Assembly (NCBI GenBank): GCA_043228905.1
Contig: JBHGNT010000012.1
Span: 5,270,001-5,334,000, forward strand
Direction of reading: 5' to 3'
From: Azolla caroliniana
Taxonomy: Eukaryota > Plantae > Polypodiophyta
Length of the DNA: 64,000 nt
The notes below the pieces were generated by a model. The model did no database searches. It had not been told where the DNA came from and worked only from the letters and a program-made list of their open reading frames with translations. Position numbers and translations under genes: made by a program. Each line of letters starts with the position of its first letter. Positions within the stretch are counted from its first letter, which is position 1. This document shows positions 1-12,834 of this stretch, piece after piece.

Positions 1-626
1 TTTTTAAAGGATTTCCCTTCGGTATTATATATGTTTTAAAATTACTTAGTATGCTTTTACCAATAATCTTCACTTCTTACCAGTGACCTCCACGTGGAAA
101 CCATTGTCTTTTCGAAAGAATGTTAGTTACAACTTACAACAAGTATATAATATATCAATGTACATGTATATATCCTACACAAGAGGCCAATATATACGCT
201 ACGAAAAATGATTTGTCGGCACCGAAAGAGTTTGGTTTATTTCATGTTTACTGAAGAATCTTGGTTATTCCTTTTTTTTCTAGTGATGAAACCACAAGGT
301 TACAAGTTGGTGGTGCTTTTCACAAACAAGGTAAACAAGTTTGAACCGGTCATGACATGAGAACACCAGGTTTACGTACACATTCCAATCAATTCAAAGA
401 AACAATGCTTTCAGCGTACTGATATTCATAACTACACTAAATTATGCAAGCTTTTGGGGACCACCATATCTTAAAACATTTATGCCCATATTAATTTGTG
501 ATGAAACAAAATAGCCTTCCATGACATCTCTAAGGAGTTCTTTTGATTAAAGTTCCAACTCTTGAAATACATTAGTAAAGGAAGACGATAGGGACATAGC
601 ATCCTTCACTCCTACTTTCCATCTGG

Positions 627-876
627 CAATGCTACCAATAATAAAGTTGTTATAAGATTAATCATCTCTCATAAATGTAGATAGAAGTTTCATTGAGGGA
701 GACAACACGGTGTATGTCGCAATGCTGCCAATATGAAAGTTGTTATAAGATGGACCTTATCTCAAAAATGTAGGCACAAGTTTCATTAGGAGAGACACTA
801 CGTATGTGACAATCCGGCCAATGTGAAAGTTGTTATAAGATCGATCGTACCTCATAAATGTATACAAAAGTTTCAT
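627..876. repeat. Degenerate ~90-93 bp tandem repeat, about 2.7 copies
   Basis: CAAT(G/C)C..CCAAT..AAAGTTGTTATAAGAT...AAATGTA...AAGTTTCAT recurs at 627, 720 and 810. Confidence 0.8.
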
Positions 877-1048
877 CCTAGGTGGTTCTTGATCCTTGGA
901 AAAATTCCTATAAGGTAATATTAGTATAGGCTATAACCACAATACTAGTCATAACAACAATTATATAAACACCACCATTGACAACAACAATAATGATGCC
1001 TTATAAGGATGTAATGGAGGATGGTTCCTTCTCCTTGTCCTTTTACAG

Positions 1049-1737
1049 TTATAAAAGGTGCCCATTTCATGGCTCGTGGAATCACCTTCCGGAACACGGC
1101 GGGCCCGAGCGGCTACCAGGCGGTGGCGCTCAAGGCAATGGCCGATTTCGGCATCTTCGTCACTTGTAGCTTCGAAGGCTACCAAGACACGCTCTACTCA
1201 TCGGCTCTCCGCCAGTTCTACACCGGGTGCACCATCTATGGCACCATTGATTTCATCTTCGGCGATGCGGCCGCAGTCTTCCAGAACTGCCAGATCATCG
1301 TACGGCAACCGCTACCCAATCAATTCAACACATTGACAGCACATGGCCGTCTGGAGTTGAAGGAGCCCACGGGCTACAGCTTCCAGAAGTGTGAGGTCAA
1401 GGGGGACACGGATCTCCAGTCCAGCATTGTCAGCTACCTCGGCCGCCCGTGGAGACCCTATGCTTGTACAGTCTTCATGCAATCTATCATTGGTGGGCTC
1501 ATCAATTCTGCGGGATGGACCCCATGGGATGTGAGCGCCGATCCCTCCCCCGCCCTCGTAAAATACGGGGAGTATCAGAATTCTGGAGCTGGCGCCGACA
1601 CCTCCCTTCGTGTCAAGTGGCCAGGCGTCCACTCGGCTCTTACGGAACAAGAGGCCGAAGAGTTTACCGTGGACACATTCATCTCCGGCTCCTCTTGGCT
1701 CCCTAATGCTAATGTTCAGTATCAAGACTCCCTATGA
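1049..1737 (+). CDS. PME: Pectin methylesterase (CE8), terminal exon; the upstream exon is not identified in this window
   Basis: Motifs QAVAL, YQDTLY, GTIDFIFG, YLGRPW and EYQNSGAGA are intact. A pyrimidine tract plus ACAG acceptor ends at 1048, at the usual phase-1 PME intron position, so ATG 1021 is probably intronic. Confidence 0.93.
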
Positions 1738-2149
1738 ATCCTGCAAATGTATATAAATAATAAGACAGCAAGTCCAACTATTCCATTCCATGTATAAGCC
1801 ACTCTAATTCCTCACTCTTTATAGTTCCATGTAGTTTGTTCCTAGAGTGAGCCTCTTAAATGCCTACATGTGCTTTTTTACCACTAGTGCACATTGTCAA
1901 ACCTATGGTATGTTGAATGTTATCTTCTCTATTGATGGCGGGTGGCCAAGATGCAATTCTCATTATCAAGTAGTAGTGGATGTCATCTGGTTAGGGGCTT
2001 TTGTGCTCATGTCCTCCCATCTTCCTTATCACCTTAGAACTCACGATTTCGGATTTGGTTGTGTGGAAACTAATCAGGAAATTGTGATCTCCTTTGTGGG
2101 TTTAAACTATCAAAAAATCTTCATATTTGAAGCTATAATCGTATGACTT

Positions 2150-4636
2150 TCTTCACTAAACGTAAGGTTAGCAAGAGTTCTCAACAATATCACAAGATTT
2201 GAATGAAAATGTTATGGACACAACGTATAGTCACTAGTAAGTGAAGGGTATGCTCCCTAATGTTAGAAAGGGATTCATGTGATTGGATAAAAGGAACTAT
2301 AGGTGCATGCATATTCATGAACTTTGACAACCAATGCATGAAGATTCTTTTAGAAAAGCACATCTATTGAAGGGGGTAGAAAGAAATGTAAATATGAGGC
2401 GTAGCTACTTTCACAAAGCACATTACGTTTGATGGCTGAAGTCTTGAGACACTAGTAGTGCAGGGTACGCTTTCTTTGTGATGATCATGTTACCGATTCG
2501 AAGGGACTAGTCATCTTAATATCCGTCGGTATAGGTCGTCGATGGTAGGTTGGTTATGTCTTGATCATAGCTTGGGGTGGTCCAGAGGAATGGGTTCTTC
2601 TATCCAATCTATACACATTTCTTTTACTTTAGTTTGGTCTATTGATTAGTAATAAATATTTAACATAAAGACTCACAACATTCAAACTACGTTATTCTCA
2701 ACGTTACAAGAAGTATACTCTTCACTAAACTTCTTTCTCACTAGAGTTGTCAGCAAACATAATAAGATTTGGATGTTGAAGAGTTGCCACGTGTACAATA
2801 GCACAATTCTAGATTAAAATGTATGATTATCAAACACAAGGGGCTTGCTTTTTCCGTGATTTGATGAACTTTCGTTGCAAGGATGGTTTTTTGGTTAGTG
2901 AGGATAAGCAATGTAAACTTTACTCAAAACTATTGAGATATCATGCTCAATCAACACATGCCTGCACACGCACACCCATGATTCTAATATTATCTATAAC
3001 TTTGCATCTTTGAAGTACAAGATGAACCCATTGCGTGGCAAACGATGATATTCTACAAAGATATGCATGACAAGAAAGATACAACATAAAATCCATTACT
3101 TGGGTTAGAATGCGAGTGGCAACCCTTGTCATGTATTGTCTAACAACATGTGCAAACACACACACACACACACACACATTGTTGGCTACATGTAAGATGC
3201 CACTTGAAACATTGAAGGATGTGTGGAACAACTTGTACTACATGTTCTCTACCAACACACATGCTACAAGATTCAACTCCATCAAGAGATGAATGATATG
3301 ATGTAAATCAAAAGTCTTGGTATGTTTATCAACAACTACACCTTGAAGATCAAGAGTCTCTTTGAATAATTGACTTCGATCAACACGAGAATCAATGAGG
3401 AAAAGATGGTGTGAATATCCTTTGGGAAAACTATCACATACGTTTGGCTTGTTGAGAACCACCATTAAATCACTCTTTACACAAATTGGAATTTGGCATT
3501 ATTCAGTAATCTTCAATTGATGCTCTTAATTGCAGGTTTGTTGACAAGCAGAGAACAACATAATTAGAGGGCACCATTCCATCCAAAAGTAAGTTGATTC
3601 ACAGATTTGACATGAATTGGAACAAGCAAAAAGAAGGGGGAGTTTCCAAGCTACAAGAAATCAACAAATATATAATATGGGTTGCTAGTAGTATGGAACT
3701 CCTCTTCATTGTCTTCGTTATGGAATTTGACTATAAATGTAGAAAATGTATTTTCCATGGTTATGGAATCGATGGGCAACTTGGATATAGCTTGTGGATA
3801 AGATGCATAAAAAGTCAATAAAGGAGGTATATAAGTTAGAAAGGTTGTATTTAAGGATATTGTACCTTTTGTTAATGAAAAAGAGAAAACTCCATTGATG
3901 TAGATGCTTTTACATGTGCTTAGCCATGTAACACTATTGTTGGTCAACATGATGATCCTCAAAATCATGATGCTCAACACAATGATGTGCAAAATGATGA
4001 TGTTCAACAAGACTATGTTGAGAATGATGTTTTCCATGCACAACCTGATGGTATTCAAATTTAGGAATCATTAAGGAGATCTATGTGTGTTTCCAAACCA
4101 CCAAAGATTCGTTGATTATGCAATGCTAACAGATGTTGGTGAGTCTTCATGTTACCATGAAGCCCTTTTTATCTGTCCATGCTCCAACTATGTGGAAACA
4201 AGCAATGCAAAATGAGTTGGATAGTATCCATAAGAATGGAATTTGGGATTTTGTGCCTTTGCCCAAACGAGGAAAGCACTACCATGTAAATGGGTGTATA
4301 AGTACAATGTTACACATTTGATAGTGCTCTTCCAAAATACAAAGCTCGCATTGCGGCAACGGGTTTTACACAAGAACAAGGAGTCGATTTTGATGAAACC
4401 CATCTTAGGAATAGCCAAGTGTGTGAACACCCCACTACTTTGTATCATAACTCATGTGTCATAGAAATTAGTCCTATGACACATAATTAGTAGGTAATTA
4501 AGTCTTCACCTCTTTCCCAAGAGGTGGTTATAGTGAGAGAATATAGAGAGAAGGTGACTACATAAGCACCTTCTCTTCTTCTTTGTAACTGTTGGTTCTT
4601 ATTATTCTTGTTAATATAGTTTTCTAATTTTTTGTA
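2150..4636 (+). mobile_element. Highly degenerate Ty1/Copia remnant ending in a decayed LTR; boundaries approximate
   Basis: RT-start motifs WKQAMQNELDSIHKNGIWDFVPLP and ALPCKWVYKY at 4133-4464. The segment 4420-4590 resembles the LTR of the Copia at 22785 (gtcataga...ctatgacacataa; gagagaaggtgactacataagcacc). Confidence 0.6.
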
Positions 4637-4638
4637 TA

Positions 4639-7495
4639 CAATAGACATTCGGTGAAGTGCGTGTCCACTTAAGTGTACGATCAAACCAAATTTATATTTG
4701 TTCCAAACATTTAGAAAACAATAAAATGATCAACAAAAATATGATTTGTAAGTATTTCTCTACTTCATGCCAAAATCATATAAGTTCATTTGCCTACTTT
4801 TAGCTATACGCTTAGAAACAATGATAAAATTTGTTTCTTGAATAATTCGACAAGCACTTGATAAAGCTGATTGTACTTGCTTTGCTTTTTCAAAACTCAA
4901 ATAAGTTGTTGTTGTGATTGAATTGAGCATGAGTTCACTATCAACAATATGTTTCAAGAGTTTAGGAATAATCACATCTTCCTTTAAGCATCCATGTATG
5001 TCTTGAATCTCAACAGACTCAGAATCTGAATTGTTTTCATCATATGCAAGTGGTTCATTGGGGTTGGAAGCTTGTGTTATAATTTCGTCAATCTCTTCAA
5101 GGAGATTTTGATTAAGTTTTTCTTATTCATTTGAATATGCATTTACACATTCCATGATCTCATCTCGAATTTCTTCTACATGTGCATTTTCAAGCAAATT
5201 GCAATTACATAACAAAGCAACAAGATCATCAATGCATTGATCTTCCATTTCACTGACTTCTGAATCAACATCATTAACACGAAATGATGGAATAATATCT
5301 TCCTTTTTATAACAATTAAAAATTGTCTCCTGCTTGATCTCATTCCAAGCAATAACAATGAGATTCATGACATCTAGCAAATATGCCGACTTTCCAAAAG
5401 CTAAACCAATAAAGCCTCTTCTCATACATTTAGCAACATCTTCCAAAAGAATATTAACATAATATGGACTATCATGATATGCCAAAATTTCTCTTATCAA
5501 ACGATATTTGTACCTCTTTTTCAAAGCTACAATGATTCCCATATCCATTGGTTGCTTCCAAGATGTGACATTTGCAGGGGAAAAAATCACTTTGATAGCA
5601 TCATGCTCAAATGCTTCAACATGACCAGGTGCATTATCAAGGACTAAAAGCACTTTGCGATTAGTTCGAGAATGAACAAAAGGTACAAACACTTGATCAA
5701 ACCACTTATCAAAGCAAGGGATATCAATGCACGAATTTCTTTGCGTTACATAAGGTAATGGCCACGAATTTCCAACAATACAAGCAGGTTCCTTAGCCTT
5801 ATCAATCATAATAATTGGAACTTTTTCAATTCTAACTACATTACAACAAACAACTAAGGTAACTCTATCTAACAAATTTTCTTACCTCGAATTGTTGAAG
5901 GATCTTCGCTAGGCAAAAGCACCGTGTATCTTGGAGCAAATCGAAAAAATGGGAAAAAACAAACCAGTTTCATCCATATTGTAAACATTGCTAGGATCAT
6001 AATCATTGACTATAGCATAAAGCCTTTCCAAAGAAGCCAACAATTCAGGGTCATTTCTATCAACTGCCCCTCCTTCACCATATAAATTAATAGTATTCAA
6101 ACATTGGTGATGACGAAATTTCCTAAACCAACCCCAAGTTGCTTTGAACTCATCATCAGAAATATTCATTTCTACCGCCAATCGTCGAGCCTTCTCCATC
6201 ATAACAGATGGAGGCAATGCAATTGACAGTCGAGGAGATGCATCAATATAAGCATACAAACATTCTTCTAATTCAAGATATTTTCCTTTTGATCCTCTAA
6301 AAGTTTTGTTTCTTGCATTGTGATCTTTTTGTTGAACACACAATCATATCTCATCCTTCTTCTTGATCAAACTTCTAATAGCGGATTCACTTACATCAAA
6401 TTGTCTACCTATGTTACAAAGAGAAGGAGATGATGGTTATTCCACTAACTCCAAAATTTGTAGCCTTTGTTCATCAACCCGAAGAGAAGTCTAGCACCTA
6501 GCTTATGGGTTGAATTCATCTCTGTAATATGCAATGCTAATTAGCTAAATTCACCTCAATATTTCGTTCCCTACCAATCAAGTGTAGATGTACAAAAACC
6601 TTTTGAAGGTTTAAACCCTTTGACATTTAATGTATACGACCTTATTTAAGTCACAAATAGCTTAAAATTCATAGATGAATGAATTGGGTCTTCTCTAATT
6701 AAGTTGGAGTATTATCCATCAAGGAGGCACACATGTGAGGATGTGGATACAATCTTGACCTAATTTCGTTGAAACTTTGCTTTGGAGCAAGACTGATGAT
6801 GTGAACCACAAATCCAATGCTACCATTAAATAGGTTGGGCATGGGTCTATGAAGAGAAAACTTCTAATCAATTAATCGATAAATAGCTTATTGTGTGGAC
6901 TAACATGAAGGGAAAACTATTAATCGATTAATAACTTATTATGTGGACATATGTACAAGAAGGGAAAGCGATCAATCAATTTTGTGGATTCAAAACCCTA
7001 CTTATGGATATTTTCCCTACCCTATTTCAGCCACATATGTGGATTATTTCTCCTAAAACACATGCCATATCAACTACAACAAAATATGTGAATATCAAAC
7101 TAAAGATATCATGCACAATTTCCAAACAATTAACACATTTCTATCTAAATTATGCACAAAATTAGAACCTCCTTTCTCTTCCTTCTCTCATATTCATTCA
7201 GAGTCATAGACACAAAAAAACAAACTGAAAATAAAATACATACCTAAAGACAAATTGAGGAACAAGAACGTGGTGAGTGACGTGGATTGGAGTAGCGTTA
7301 GGAGCATCAACTAGCTTATTACAGAAGAAGAGAGGGTCTTTGTGATGCCTGGTTGGGTTGCGCTTTTTGCAAAAGAGAAGAGAGAAAAAAATTTGGGGAT
7401 TTTTTTTTTGACTTAAAAAGCCCCAAGTGCGTAGTTGAGTTAAGTGTGCACTTCTTCCTTGCATTCGAAGTGCGCACTTAACCAAATGTCTATTG
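4639..7495 (-). mobile_element. pogo/Tigger-like (Tc1/mariner superfamily) DNA transposon, full length but decayed
   Basis: 23-bp TIRs CAATAGACATTCGGTGAAGTGCG (4639) and CGCACTTAACCAAATGTCTATTG (ending 7495) with 2 mismatches. TA flanks both ends, and the transposase ORF lies inside. Confidence 0.9.
5123..6343 (-). pseudogene. CENP-B/pogo-type transposase (HTH plus DDE_1), frameshifted
   Basis: ORF 5909-6343 carries the CENP-B HTH (FKATWGWFRKF) and VYNMDETGLF. ORF 5123-5875 carries VLLVLDNAPGH and NVTSWKQPMDMGII. Confidence 0.88.
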
Positions 7496-8694
7496 TATTT
7501 TGTTTTCTTTCCACCATGGTCATCAAGTATTGATTGTGTTCGTAAAGTATTGTTCTCCAATGGTCAACTACTCTAGGGTCTAGACAATGTAAATTAGTGA
7601 AGATGATGGCCACAAGGACAAGCTTTTAGTCAATATGACAAGCTTGTTGTTAGGGGCCAAGCACAAAATGACTAGTTCATCCTCTAAGGGTCCTGACCCT
7701 TAGATATTTGTGAATAGTTTGTTGAGGTGGTTGCCAAATTTTGACAAGCATTAAGAGGAAGTTACCTTCTCGAATGCTACAATGTGAAGTGGACATCGAT
7801 ACACACTTAGTAGTGATTCTCCTTTAGTTAATCTACACAATTAATCATGTACATAATTAATCACTTATTAATACTTATTAGTAGAATCTTAGTTCAATAC
7901 TGAATATTGAGGGAGAACGAAAAAAAATAAGAGTCAAATTCATTTGATTTTATATTAAGTACTTGACAAGTTACAAGAGAGGGTAAATATCTCTCCTTTC
8001 CTCTTTTGATTACAAGTGCGCAAATGATTTTGAATCAAAAGTGGAAGACATCCAAGTTCTAGGAGAGTTGAATATGTTTTAGGCCATAATTGTAAATTTA
8101 AGAATGTCATACATGTAGCTTGGGGATAAATCTTTCTAGATAAGATACGGCACACCTAATAGAGAGAGGAATTAAGAAAAAAGCATCTACATGTGTAAAG
8201 AAAACAACAAGCATAAGTATATAAAACAACACTAAGTGTGAAGATAAAAGCCACAACAAGATATAAGAAATAAGCAATGACAAGTGGAGGAAAAAGTAGC
8301 AATACGTGTGAAGAAAAAACAGTGACAAGATAAGGAAAAAAAAGAATGCCAAGAGTGAAATGGTGTTCGTTTACCTATTGTTGTGTCATGCTTTGGAGGA
8401 AAAGGCTTATAAAAGGATGGGTTACATTCTACATTGGGGGAAGAAAAAGCAAGCCACTACACATTTGTTTAAGAGGTTGGACTAGGTTACAACAAGGCAA
8501 CAAAGTAGAGGGGTCATCATCTTTTGAAGGAAAGTCCAAATTAAGTGTTGGCCTCGTTATTTTCCTCTTTAAATTTTCTATCTTTATAGCCTGTTTTCTT
8601 TCGCTTTTCTAAAAAGCGAGGTGAGGACTAGACCTTGAGAACTCCAGCCCTTGCAATTTCAAGGCAAACTTGTCTTTGCTTTTCATTCTCTCTT

Positions 8695-8864
8695 GTAATC
8701 AGCTTACCCTAGTGGTAAGTCATTAGATTACTAGCATGTTATGGGTTCTATACCCAATGTTTTCACCTCTCTATTACGCCATACATATCCTCGTAGTTTA
8801 CTAGATGCCACTTTAGAATGTCAGGGTTGAACCCAATGGACAACCTTACCAACTGAGCTACATC
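8695..8864. mobile_element. tRNA-derived SINE-like repeat with two inward-facing tRNA-like ends (copy 1)
   Basis: Homologous to 21265-21460. The minus-strand right end reads TAGCTCAGTTGGTAAGG...GGGTTCAACCC; the plus-strand left end reads TAGTGGTAA...GGGTTCTATACCC. Confidence 0.6.
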
Positions 8865-9114
8865 TATTTAAGGTCTCTATCTCTCTATTTCTCTCCATTT
8901 CTTTTATCTATGTTTTTAGTTTTTTTTGATGATCGGGGACACATCCCATTATTGTAAGTTGTAACCAATTGTCTCATGGACCAAATTTGGTCATAGAAGA
9001 CATTAATATAGCTTTCTTTCTCTCTCACACACAATTGGAAGATTGAGCTTGCTGTGGGTGATGGGGTAAGATCATGCACATAATACATATTGTTCATAAG
9101 CAAATTTTTATTTT

Positions 9115-11664
9115 TTAACAAGCATTATTTTTCACCCTCCGGGTTTGAACTCTACTTGCCTCCGGGTGCATGCCAGCAGCTTCATATGCATTTCCCATGC
9201 AGATATATGCAGCACCGCACATTTTATCCAGCTGTATTATTTCTTCGAAGACCGACCTTCCAAGCTCCACATTTACCCATGTCCGACAAGCACCCAAAAG
9301 TGTGGATAGTAATGGATGATAATCTGCAAATGGCATCTTATCGACGACAAATCTGGCATTGTCAAAATCTCCTGCACGACCCAAAAGATCGATCATGCAT
9401 GTGTAGAATTCTACAGCGCATGGTTGATACACAGCACACACACCATAAAAGACCACATGCCCTTCTTCGATCAGCCCTGCATGACTACATCCATATAGCA
9501 GGATAATGAAACTAGCCAAATTTGGCATAATGTTTTCACCTCTCATTTTGTTGAACAGCTCAAAAGCCCTTTTGGCCTGACCCATCTGAGCATACCCAGC
9601 CATCAGGACATTCCAAGAAACAGTATCCCGAGTTTGAAGCTCCTCAAATACTTCGGCTGCTTTTTCAAGCAGACCACATTTGGCATACATGTCAACTAAT
9701 GTATTGCCAAGCATCAGATCTTTCTGGAGTAATAATCCCTGCTCCTTTACCTCGGTGTGTATTGCTTTTACTATCGACACAGATCCTTCACTTCCACAAG
9801 ATTTTAAAACACAAATATAAGTGACCACATCTGCAAAGACACTCTCATTCAGCATCTGCCTGAAATTTCTCATAACTGCAACACTAAGGCCTTGTCGGGC
9901 ATACCCTGATATGAGTATGTTCCAAAGCACCACATTATGTTCTGAAAGTGTTTGAAACACTTCCTGTGCTTTTTCCAATGCACCACATTTGACATACATC
10001 TCCAGCAATGCATTACCAACATCAATTTCTGTCTCTAAAGACCCCAGTTCCTTAATTTCAGCATGTATCTCTTCTCCAATGTCAAGACATCCTATGCTCC
10101 CACATGCTTTTAGCCCACAGATAAAGGCAACTGAGTCATAATCAAGACACACATGCCGCATCTGCCAGAAGAATTTTAGTGCATCATAACCAAGTCCATG
10201 CTGGGCATACCCTGTGATAAGTACACACCACGCCACCCGATTCTGCACTGGAAGTTTTGCAAATATTTCGTGAGCTTTTTCAAGCATGCCACACTTAGCA
10301 TACATGTCCATCAATGCAGTGCCCAGCATTAAGTCTTTTTCCAATAGACCCTTTTGCTTGAGCTCAGAATGTATGTTTTCTCCCATATCCAGAAGTCCCC
10401 CATTACCACATGCTTTCAGGATACAACTAAATGTTACAGCATTTGGTGCAATCCCCTCACCTCGCATTTGCACAAAGCATTCAAGAGCTTCATTGGTTCG
10501 TCCATGCTGAGCATACCCTGCAATCAGAGCACTCCAACACACAGCATCCCGTTCAGGAATCCCTTTAAGTACCTCGTGCGCTTTCTTGAGCACGCCACAT
10601 TTAGCATACATATCCACCAATGCAGTACCTACAATGGTATCTACCTTCATAAACCCATGCTCATTGACCTCAGCATGTATCTCTTCTCCAATTCTGATCA
10701 ATCCTATAGTTCCACAAGCTTTCAAAACACAACTAAAGGTTACAGCATTTGGGAAGATGCCTTCGCTGCGCATCTGCCTAAAGCATTTCAGGGCTGCATT
10801 ACAGAGTCCACGGTCAATATACCCCGTTATAAGTATACTCCACGAGTAAACATTTCGCCATGAAAGCTCTAGGAAAACATCTTCAGCTTTTCCCAACTCT
10901 CTACACTTGACATACATGTCCACTAAAGTGTTCCCGAGCATGATGTCCGAACCCAATAAGCCCTGATCTTTGACCTCTGCATGGATGTCTTCTCCCAGCT
11001 TCAGGGATCCAATGCTTCCACAAGCTTTTAGGGCGCAAGTAAAGGTCACAACATTCGGAGTATTCCCCTCATCCCTCATAAGACGGAAGTACTTTAAAGC
11101 TATGTCACCAAGGCCGAGCCGGGCATACCCCCCGATGAGTGTACTCCAAGTAACAACATTTCTCTCCGGAAGTCGGTGAAATACTTCATCGGCATCATCC
11201 ATCTTGGAGCACTTGACATACATGTCCACCAATGCAGTGCCAAGCACGATGTGTTTTGGCAAGAAGCCCGACCAAATGACCCAAAGATGCACCCTTTTAC
11301 ACACATTTATCAACCCCAACCCACCAGAAGCTTTGAGAATGCAAACGAAAGTGATTGGGTTCGGAGAGATGCCCTCAGCACTTTGCATCCTATGAAAGCA
11401 TTCAAACGCTCTGCCGCTGAGACCATTCTGAGCAGTATACCTGGCGATGAGCATGTTCCATGATACAACATCTCTGTATGGAATTCCTTGGAGCATCTCA
11501 TTAGCGTCTGAAAGATGCCCAGATTTAGAGAGCTTATTAAGCTGGGAATGACTGCTAGACACATGACTTCGGAGGCTGTTATTCTGTGCAAGGGATTGGA
11601 TGAACCGACGAAGAAAAAGAAGAAGAAAAGGAGCAGTATTGATGCCTGTGTAATCATGTGGCAT
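9115..11664 (-). CDS. PLS-class pentatricopeptide repeat protein with C-terminal E motifs and no DYW domain (candidate organellar RNA-editing specificity factor)
   Basis: 849-aa intronless ORF with repeated P-L-S triplets (VVSWNMLIARY, PNVVTFTCALKACG, LGNTLVDMYAKCG). It ends with YTCMIDLLGRAG...LLGACRTW...AAYICMGNAYEAAG. Confidence 0.95.
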   Translation of the reverse strand: MPHDYTGINTAPFLLLFLRRFIQSLAQNNSLRSHVSSSHSQLNKLSKSGHLSDANEMLQGIPYRDVVSWNMLIARYTAQNGLSGRAFECFHRMQSAEGISPNPITFVCILKASGGLGLINVCKRVHLWVIWSGFLPKHIVLGTALVDMYVKCSKMDDADEVFHRLPERNVVTWSTLIGGYARLGLGDIALKYFRLMRDEGNTPNVVTFTCALKACGSIGSLKLGEDIHAEVKDQGLLGSDIMLGNTLVDMYVKCRELGKAEDVFLELSWRNVYSWSILITGYIDRGLCNAALKCFRQMRSEGIFPNAVTFSCVLKACGTIGLIRIGEEIHAEVNEHGFMKVDTIVGTALVDMYAKCGVLKKAHEVLKGIPERDAVCWSALIAGYAQHGRTNEALECFVQMRGEGIAPNAVTFSCILKACGNGGLLDMGENIHSELKQKGLLEKDLMLGTALMDMYAKCGMLEKAHEIFAKLPVQNRVAWCVLITGYAQHGLGYDALKFFWQMRHVCLDYDSVAFICGLKACGSIGCLDIGEEIHAEIKELGSLETEIDVGNALLEMYVKCGALEKAQEVFQTLSEHNVVLWNILISGYARQGLSVAVMRNFRQMLNESVFADVVTYICVLKSCGSEGSVSIVKAIHTEVKEQGLLLQKDLMLGNTLVDMYAKCGLLEKAAEVFEELQTRDTVSWNVLMAGYAQMGQAKRAFELFNKMRGENIMPNLASFIILLYGCSHAGLIEEGHVVFYGVCAVYQPCAVEFYTCMIDLLGRAGDFDNARFVVDKMPFADYHPLLSTLLGACRTWVNVELGRSVFEEIIQLDKMCGAAYICMGNAYEAAGMHPEASRVQTRRVKNNAC

Positions 11665-11737
11665 TTCATCTTTGCAATGCTCTGCTGGAATCCATGCAAA
11701 GCAGTATTGAAGAAGAAAAGCCCTGATTGCTCAGGAT

Positions 11738-11910
11738 CCATGGCTACTTATTTGCTCACTAACCATACCATGGCTAATTTGCTCACTAACCATACCATGG
11801 CTAATTCGCCCACTAACCATACCATGGCTAATTCGCCCACTAACCATACCATGGTATGGTAAATTTGCCCATTGACCGTACCATGGCTAATTTTCCGTGT
11901 AACCATGGCT
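11738..11910. repeat. 27-bp tandem array (CCATGGCTAATTCGCCCACTAACCATA), about 6 copies, just upstream of the PPR start
   Basis: Directly visible; it also explains the TNHTMANS repeats in the spurious ORF 11515-11862. Confidence 0.92.
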
Positions 11911-12834
11911 CGGTAGAGGTAGATTCGGTTCCAAGCATGGTCTGGTTGAAGGCGAAGGAGATAAGGGGATGCAGGATAAGATATGTGAGACTTTGGTGAT
12001 CGACGAAGTCCCTGTCGTTGTCGACGAAATTAGCTGCAAATCATGGGGTAGTATGAACGAGACCCTAATAACCAAGTCTCGGAGTGTGGTCTCGTAGCAG
12101 AAGCAAATTAAGTTGGACGAGTGACACTCGCCTCCAAATGAGAACCATGCTTGGCATATGCAATTTCCTACTCATTGTGAGTGGAGTGTGTCTTGTAATG
12201 AAAGATTTGTTTCCTTGAGTGTTAAACTAACACATCCAAAGGGGGGGTTACATGAGTACTAGACTAGCTATTTTTTAGGCTAGACAAACATCAATCAATT
12301 CATGAATATCTATTAATGAGATTATCGAAGAGAATGCCTATGATCTATGTGAGTTCATCAAATTGACATTTATAAGAGGTGATTCAAACTATCCCCTTAT
12401 CAACCCCAAATAACACAAAAACAAATTCTCCATTCATAGTATGTGTGTGGAAAGGAAAATCTTTGAAATCGAAAGGTTGTGCCTTGTTTGATGGTCTAAG
12501 TTGAAGAAATAATTTCATAATTTCATTTCTTTCCATGTCCACTGGAATTTTGTTAATTTGTTGAGGGCCACGATTTGTGTGCACCTAGATTTATTGATTT
12601 CTATGGCATGGAATTTCATTGAGGCAATAGTGTGTGTGTGTGTGCACGCGCGCGCTTACGCGTGAGGCTCTATGAATTAGGTAGGCACAACTAGGTGTGT
12701 GTAAAGAAACAAGCATCGGATGATTCACCATAGTGAGTGAGTGAGTGTGTGTGTGCCTCAAAAGATGTTTTTAAGGAGACAATTGGGAGTTAAATCCACC
12801 ACCTCCTATCAAGTTATGCTCTTAGAAACAAGTA

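Noticed and set aside
1021-1048. ATG 1021 as the PME start
   Set aside because: It lies in a polypyrimidine tract before an AG acceptor, and the protein would lack the N-terminal part of the PME domain.
11515-11862. ORF with TNHTMANS repeats
   Set aside because: It is antisense to the PPR gene and simply translates the 27-bp DNA array.
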